Shown: positions 59,297 to 64,000 of the stretch, piece by piece | Position numbering within the stretch: position 1 is the first letter of the stretch | Layout: each line of letters opens with the position of its first letter | Source: Dehalococcoidia bacterium | GTDB lineage: Bacteria; Chloroflexota; Dehalococcoidia; UBA2979 | Reading direction: 5' to 3' | Length of the DNA stretch: 64,000 nt | Assembly (NCBI GenBank): GCA_041390625.1 | Contig: JAWKPM010000010.1 | Location: forward strand, 42,514 to 106,513 | The notes under the pieces: model-generated | The model's input: only the letters and a program-made list of their open reading frames with translations | Databases searched by the model: none | What the model was told of the DNA's origin: nothing | Program-made: the position numbers and the translations under genes

Positions 59297-60922
59297 GTGA
59301 CCGAGCTGCAGCGCCTGCTGGAACCGAAGCGCCGAGGACGGCGGCCGGACGACCACGAGCCGCTGCGTTGCCTCGCGATCGACGCGCAGGGCGGGCCGTC
59401 GCGCGAGATGGCGAAGCTCCTCGACAAGACCGACCAGCGCTGGATCCTCGACCGTGCCGAGCGGCTCCCGACCGCCCTCGAGGCGCTGAGCTCGGGCGAG
59501 TTCCACATCGTGCTGGCACATGTGCGGCAGCCGGACGGCCAGGTGCTGAACGCGTTGCAGCGGATGCGCCAGGTCGCGCCGGAGACCGCGGTCCTCGTGC
59601 TGACCGAGTTCGCGCCTCAGGCGTTCGCGGAGCAGGCGCTCGGGCAGGGGGCGCAGGACGTACTGCAGCGCTCCAAGCTGGACGCCTCGACGCTCGCGCA
59701 CGCGATTCGGTACTCGATCGAGCGGCAGCGGATTCGCGGCCTGTACGAGCGGGAGCTGTGGTCGGCCTCGATCCTGCACATGGACTACCTGAGCATCGTG
59801 TCGAACAGCGCCGACGCGATCCTGATCCTCAACCAGGGAGGCAGCGTCGAGTTCCTGAACCCGGCGGCGGAGTCGATGTTCGGCGTACGGGCGGCAGAGG
59901 CGATCGGACGGCCGTGCCCCTTCGGGCAGGTCACGAGCGACTCCTTCGAGATCGAGGTGCCGGACCGCGAGGGGCGCCCGCGCCAGGCCGAGGTGCAGTC
60001 CGTCGAGACCTCGTGGCGGGGCCTCGACGCGACGCTCGCGGTGGTGCGCGACATCACGGACCGACGCGCCCTCGAGCTGCAGCTCGGGCAGGCGCAGAAG
60101 CTCGAGTCGGTCGGTCGCCTCGCGGCCGGCATCGCCCACGAGATCAACACGCCGACGCAGTTCATCACCGACAACGTGAAGTACCTGCGCGGCGTCTTCG
60201 AGCGGTTCGTGCCGGCCGTCGCGGCCGCGGAGTCGCTGCTCGAGGCGGCGGAGGCCGGCCCCCTCGATCAAGGCGCGCTCGAGGAGCTGCGCACCTCGGT
60301 GGCGGCGGCACGCCTCGAGGACGCGCGCGAGGAAGTACCGGAGGCGTTCGAGGACAGCCTCGATGGGCTCAAGCAGGTGGCGCGCATCGTGGGTGCGATG
60401 AAGGTGTTCGCGCACCCGGGATCCGAGGAGAAGACGGGCGTCGATCTGCGCCAGGCGATCGAGAGCACGGTCGCCGTCGCTCGCCACGAGTGGCGCGACG
60501 TCGCGGACGTCGAGCTCGACATCGAGGAGACGCTACCGACGGTGCCGGCGATGGGCGGCGACCTGAACCAGGTCATCCTCAACCTCATCGTGAACGCCAG
60601 CCAGGCGATCGAGGACCGGCCGAACTGCACCGAGCGCGGCCGCATCGACATCCGGGCGCACCGCCGGGGCGACTGGGTGGAGATGTGCGTCTCCGACAAC
60701 GGCGTCGGCATCCCGGACGAGAACCGGAAGCACATCTTCGATCCCTTCTTCACGACGAAGGAGGTCGGTCGCGGGACCGGGCAGGGGCTCTCGATCAGCC
60801 GGACGATCGTGGTGGAGCGGCATGGCGGGATGCTCGACGTGGCCTCGAAGCCGGGCGAAGGCTCGACGTTCACGGTGCGCCTGCCGCTGACGGAGGAGGC
60901 CGCGCTCCAGGGCGCGGCGTAG
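59297..60922 (+). CDS. Sensor histidine kinase with N-terminal pseudo-receiver and PAS domains
   Basis: GTG 6 nt after GAGAGG (alternative ATG at 59408). The REC-like N-terminus has Ala where the phospho-Asp should be (FHIVLAHV). PAS domain. H-box LAAGIAHEINTP. N, G1 and G2 boxes (DNGVGIP, GTGQGLSIS). Confidence 0.8.
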   Translation: MTELQRLLEPKRRGRRPDDHEPLRCLAIDAQGGPSREMAKLLDKTDQRWILDRAERLPTALEALSSGEFHIVLAHVRQPDGQVLNALQRMRQVAPETAVLVLTEFAPQAFAEQALGQGAQDVLQRSKLDASTLAHAIRYSIERQRIRGLYERELWSASILHMDYLSIVSNSADAILILNQGGSVEFLNPAAESMFGVRAAEAIGRPCPFGQVTSDSFEIEVPDREGRPRQAEVQSVETSWRGLDATLAVVRDITDRRALELQLGQAQKLESVGRLAAGIAHEINTPTQFITDNVKYLRGVFERFVPAVAAAESLLEAAEAGPLDQGALEELRTSVAAARLEDAREEVPEAFEDSLDGLKQVARIVGAMKVFAHPGSEEKTGVDLRQAIESTVAVARHEWRDVADVELDIEETLPTVPAMGGDLNQVILNLIVNASQAIEDRPNCTERGRIDIRAHRRGDWVEMCVSDNGVGIPDENRKHIFDPFFTTKEVGRGTGQGLSISRTIVVERHGGMLDVASKPGEGSTFTVRLPLTEEAALQGAA

Positions 60923-60932
60923 GGAGGACACG

Positions 60933-62135
60933 ATGACCAGACGTCGAGTCCTGTTCGTCGACGACGAGCCTCGTGTGCTGCGAGGTCTGCGGCGTCTGCT
61001 CGACCCGATGCGGGACGAGTGGGAAATCTCCTTCGCGGAGTCGGGCGCCGAGGCCCTCGACAAGCTGAGCGAGGCCGAGTTCGATGCCGTCGTCACCGAC
61101 ATGCGCATGCCGGGCATGGATGGCGCCGAGCTGCTGCACGAGGTGCTGCGCCGCCACCCACACACCGTGCGCATCGTGCTGTCCGGTCAGTCCGACCAGG
61201 AGACGCGGCTGCGCGCGGCCGGCCCGACGCACCAGTTCCTCACGAAGCCCTGCGACGAAGAGACGCTGCGGCGCACCCTCACCCGGGCGTGCGACCTGCG
61301 CGATCTGCTGCGTCGCGACTCCCTGCGCAGGCTCGTGGGGCAGCTGAAGACGCTGCCGAGCCTCGGGACGGTGCAGCGCGACCTGCGCACGGAGCTGATG
61401 TCGCCCGACCCCTCAATGCGGAAGGTGGGGGATCTCATCTCGCAGGACGTCGCGATGACGGCGAAGGTCCTGCAGCTCGTGAACTCGTCCTTCTTCGGCG
61501 CGCCGAAGCGCGTGGGCTCGGTGTCCGAGGCCGTGCTGATGCTCGGGCTGAACGTCATCCGCGACCTGATGCTGACCGAGTCCGTCTTCGGGGCGTACAT
61601 GGCCGACGGCGCGCTCGAGCTCGTCGAGCCGATTCGCGACCACAGCGACTTCGTGGGCGGCCTCGCGTACGAGATCGCGGCCGCCGAGGGCGCCGACCTG
61701 CAGGTGCGCGGCGACGCGCAACTCGCGGGACAGCTGCACGATGCCGGCGCGCTCGTGCTCGCGGCGAACATGCCGATGGAGTTCCGCAAGGCGGCGGCCG
61801 TCGCGCGCATGCGCAACATCGAGCGTTGGCAGGGCGAGGTTGAGCTCTTCGGCGCCGACCACGGCGAGGTGGGCGCGTACCTCCTCGGCATCTGGGGCAT
61901 CCCCGACCCGATCGTGGAGGCCGTGGCGTTCCACCACCGCCCGGCGCAGGCGCCGACGCATGGCTTCACGCCGCTCACCGCCGTGCACGTCGCCGACGCG
62001 CTGGCTCACGAGGTCGACGGGCAGGATGACTCCGTGCTCGTCACCTCGGTGGACGAGGAGTACCTCGAGCGGCTGGGGCTGCTCGACCGCCTCGATGGCT
62101 GGCGACTGCTCGCACTCAAGCGCAAGGCCGCCTAA
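60933..62135 (+). CDS. Response regulator, REC + HDOD output domain
   Basis: VLFVDDEP...DAVVTDMRMPGMDG (phospho-Asp context) followed by an HDOD-like domain. Confidence 0.8.
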   Translation: MTRRRVLFVDDEPRVLRGLRRLLDPMRDEWEISFAESGAEALDKLSEAEFDAVVTDMRMPGMDGAELLHEVLRRHPHTVRIVLSGQSDQETRLRAAGPTHQFLTKPCDEETLRRTLTRACDLRDLLRRDSLRRLVGQLKTLPSLGTVQRDLRTELMSPDPSMRKVGDLISQDVAMTAKVLQLVNSSFFGAPKRVGSVSEAVLMLGLNVIRDLMLTESVFGAYMADGALELVEPIRDHSDFVGGLAYEIAAAEGADLQVRGDAQLAGQLHDAGALVLAANMPMEFRKAAAVARMRNIERWQGEVELFGADHGEVGAYLLGIWGIPDPIVEAVAFHHRPAQAPTHGFTPLTAVHVADALAHEVDGQDDSVLVTSVDEEYLERLGLLDRLDGWRLLALKRKAA

Positions 62136-62173
62136 CGGCGGCCCTGCGGCTTAGTCAAGACTGGCTGGCGGCG

Positions 62174-63745
62174 CTACAGCGTCGGCGGGGCCTCGGGCTG
62201 GTCCGTCGGTGGCGCCTCGGACGGGGCGGGCGCCGGCGGGATGATGGCATCGCGCACCGAGCTGCCGCCGGGGATCTCACCCTTCCGCACGAGGCCGATC
62301 AGATCGACCAGTGTGACGCCGATGGTCTGCTTGAGCGCCTCGTCGGTGGCCATCAGCGCCTGCGGCGTGAGACCGAAGAGCTGATGCACCGGCGAGTCGG
62401 CGCCGTTCGAGCCGGAGCCGTTGCCACCGAAGTTCACGAGCCGGATCTCGTTCACCTGGCCGATCGGTGAGGCCGCGGCCGTCACGATCTCGGGCAGGCG
62501 GTCGATGAGGTCCGTCGAGAGCTGCACGCGGATCGCCTCGTCGGAGTACTGCTTCAGGGCCTCGGCGCGCTCGGCGAGACCGTTCGCCTCGGCGACAAGC
62601 TTGGCCTGCGTGGCGAACGCCTCGGCGTCACCCTTGTCGCGTGTCCCCTGCGCCTCACCCTCGGCCTCGAGGACGGTGGCGCGCTTGGTGGCGTCGGCGC
62701 GGCGGATGCGGGCCTCGGCCTCCGCCTCGGCGGCGAGGATCTGAGCCTGCTTGCGCGCCTCCGCCTCGAGGATCTGGCGCTGCTTCTCCGCCTCGGCGAT
62801 GGCGACCACCTCGGCCTCGAGCTCCTGGCGGCGCTGCTGTGCGCGGCGCTGCGCGAGGTGCGTCTCCGCCTCGGCAACCTGCTGCTTCGCCTCGGCCTCC
62901 GCCTGCTCGGCGGCCTGGAGGGCGCGCGCCTGCTCCGCGGTGGTGAGCGCCTGGTACTGCGCCATTTGCACGTCGCGGTTCTTCACAGCCTCGGCGATGG
63001 AGGCGTCGGCATCGGCGTTGGCGCGCTCCGCCTGCTGGCGGGCGTTTGCCTCGCGAACACTGGCCTCGCGGTCGGCGTCAGCCTCGCCGATGCGAGCGTC
63101 GCGCTTGACCTCGGCCGTGCGCTTGCGACCGAGCGCGTCGAGGTAGCCGACCTCGTCGCTGATCTCGCGCAGCGTGAGCGTGTCGAGGGTGATGCCCATC
63201 TGGGAGAGCTCGGCCTGGGCCTGCTCGGCGATCTGGGACTGGAAGGCCGTGCGGTCCTGGTAGATCTCTTCCGGCGTCAGCTGGCCGCAGACGCCTCGCA
63301 GGTGGCCCTCGAGGACGGCCTGGACGTCGCGCTCGATCTCCTCGCGACGGCGGCCGAGGTAGCGCTCGGCAGCGTTCATGATGCCGAGGTCGTCACTCGA
63401 GACCTTGAAGAGTGCGGTGCCCACCACTGTCAGCGGCACGCCCTCCTTCGAGATCGCATTGTGGGTACGGACCTCGGTGCTGATGACGTGCAGCGACATG
63501 CGCTGGTACTGCTCGACGATCGGGAAGACGAACGCGCCACCGTTGCGGACGATGCGGTAGCCGACCGTCTGGCGGCTGCCGTCAGCGCCTCGAATGTTGT
63601 GGCGGCGGCCCGAGATGACGATGACCTCGTCCGGCCCGGCGCGGCGGTAGCGGTTGGCCCAGGTGCCGAGGATCGCCGCGAAGACGACGACCAGGATCGA
63701 GACGATGACGCCGATGCCGGCGTTCAGACCCACATCGAAGTTCAC
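62174..63745 (-). CDS. Flotillin-family SPFH/band-7 protein (FloT/YuaG-like)
   Basis: GTG start in a GTGA overlap with the NfeD-like stop. N-terminal hairpin, SPFH domain, and a long Ala/Glu-rich coiled coil (EA repeats). Confidence 0.85.
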   Translation of the reverse strand: MNFDVGLNAGIGVIVSILVVVFAAILGTWANRYRRAGPDEVIVISGRRHNIRGADGSRQTVGYRIVRNGGAFVFPIVEQYQRMSLHVISTEVRTHNAISKEGVPLTVVGTALFKVSSDDLGIMNAAERYLGRRREEIERDVQAVLEGHLRGVCGQLTPEEIYQDRTAFQSQIAEQAQAELSQMGITLDTLTLREISDEVGYLDALGRKRTAEVKRDARIGEADADREASVREANARQQAERANADADASIAEAVKNRDVQMAQYQALTTAEQARALQAAEQAEAEAKQQVAEAETHLAQRRAQQRRQELEAEVVAIAEAEKQRQILEAEARKQAQILAAEAEAEARIRRADATKRATVLEAEGEAQGTRDKGDAEAFATQAKLVAEANGLAERAEALKQYSDEAIRVQLSTDLIDRLPEIVTAAASPIGQVNEIRLVNFGGNGSGSNGADSPVHQLFGLTPQALMATDEALKQTIGVTLVDLIGLVRKGEIPGGSSVRDAIIPPAPAPSEAPPTDQPEAPPTL

Positions 63746-64000
63746 GAGACATCCTCCACTGCCGCGACGATGCATTCGCCCGCCACGACCGACTGGACGG
63801 TCACGAGCTCACCGGCGCCGATCGCCTGGTGGCTTCCCGAACGGGCGGCAGCGGAGTGCGTGCCACCCGCGCGTTCGAACTGGATACGTCCGACACCCGC
63901 CGCGGGGATCGCGAGCGTGACGCGGACCTGCGCGCCGATGAGATCGGCGAGCGCGAAGTTGGAGGAGACCTCCTGCTTCATGAAGAAGCGCGTCATGGCG
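63742..64000 (-). CDS. NfeD-like protein (OB-fold C-terminal domain), probably 5'-truncated by the window edge
   Basis: C-terminal beta-barrel pattern (GAQVRV...GRIQFERAGGTHSAAARSG...GELVTVQSVVAGE). The frame is still open at base 64000. Classic nfeD-floT pairing. Confidence 0.6.
   Translation of the reverse strand, partial: AMTRFFMKQEVSSNFALADLIGAQVRVTLAIPAAGVGRIQFERAGGTHSAAARSGSHQAIGAGELVTVQSVVAGECIVAAVEDVS

Noticed and set aside
59183-60487. 434-aa minus-strand ORF and the 59368..60936 plus alternative frame
   Set aside because: They overlap the histidine kinase, whose H/N/G boxes are unambiguous in the chosen frame.

Overview
This is a high-GC (~70%) bacterial chromosomal window that is densely coding on both strands. 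I could not find rRNA genes, CRISPR arrays, transposases or integrases. The one RNA gene is a tRNA-Asp(GTC) at 20179-20255.

Core genes include a PLP-homeostasis/proline block (YggS-like, proC, YggT-like, DUF167) and a Firmicute-like recombination/RNA-decay block (recA with tandem SOS boxes, recX, RNase Y, YmdB-like phosphoesterase). There are two peptide-type ABC uptake systems. One is a complete DppABCDF-like operon linked to an isochorismatase-like hydrolase and an amidase. The other has only a substrate-binding protein and permeases, and is linked to a fused double family-III CoA-transferase, an FmdB zinc-ribbon protein and a PHP phosphoesterase. The window also holds a radical-SAM protein, an FTR1/EfeU iron permease translationally coupled to a cupredoxin lipoprotein, a PAC2 protein, a HadAB-like hotdog pair, a histidine kinase with a REC-HDOD regulator, and an NfeD/flotillin pair.

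The most unusual feature is a ~5.7 kb same-strand array (4926-10617). It contains four paralogous lipoproteins (one frameshifted), two PilZ c-di-GMP receptors that share an upstream CTGACG/GACGATGATC repeat element, and a second copy of the EfeU-associated cupredoxin lipoprotein. It looks like a c-di-GMP-linked cell-envelope module that I cannot match to a characterised system.

The stretch just 3' of tRNA-Asp (about 20.3-25.4 kb) reads as lower GC, with atypical codon usage. It carries an ABC-2 exporter with a PLDc_N peptide, an MBL hydrolase, a CPBP protease and membrane proteins, and is likely a horizontally acquired island.

The octamer CCTCGATG looks strongly over-represented and strand-asymmetric by eye. 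Gene starts were refined by hand from SD motifs and overlaps. Family assignments come from motif recognition only, with no database searches.
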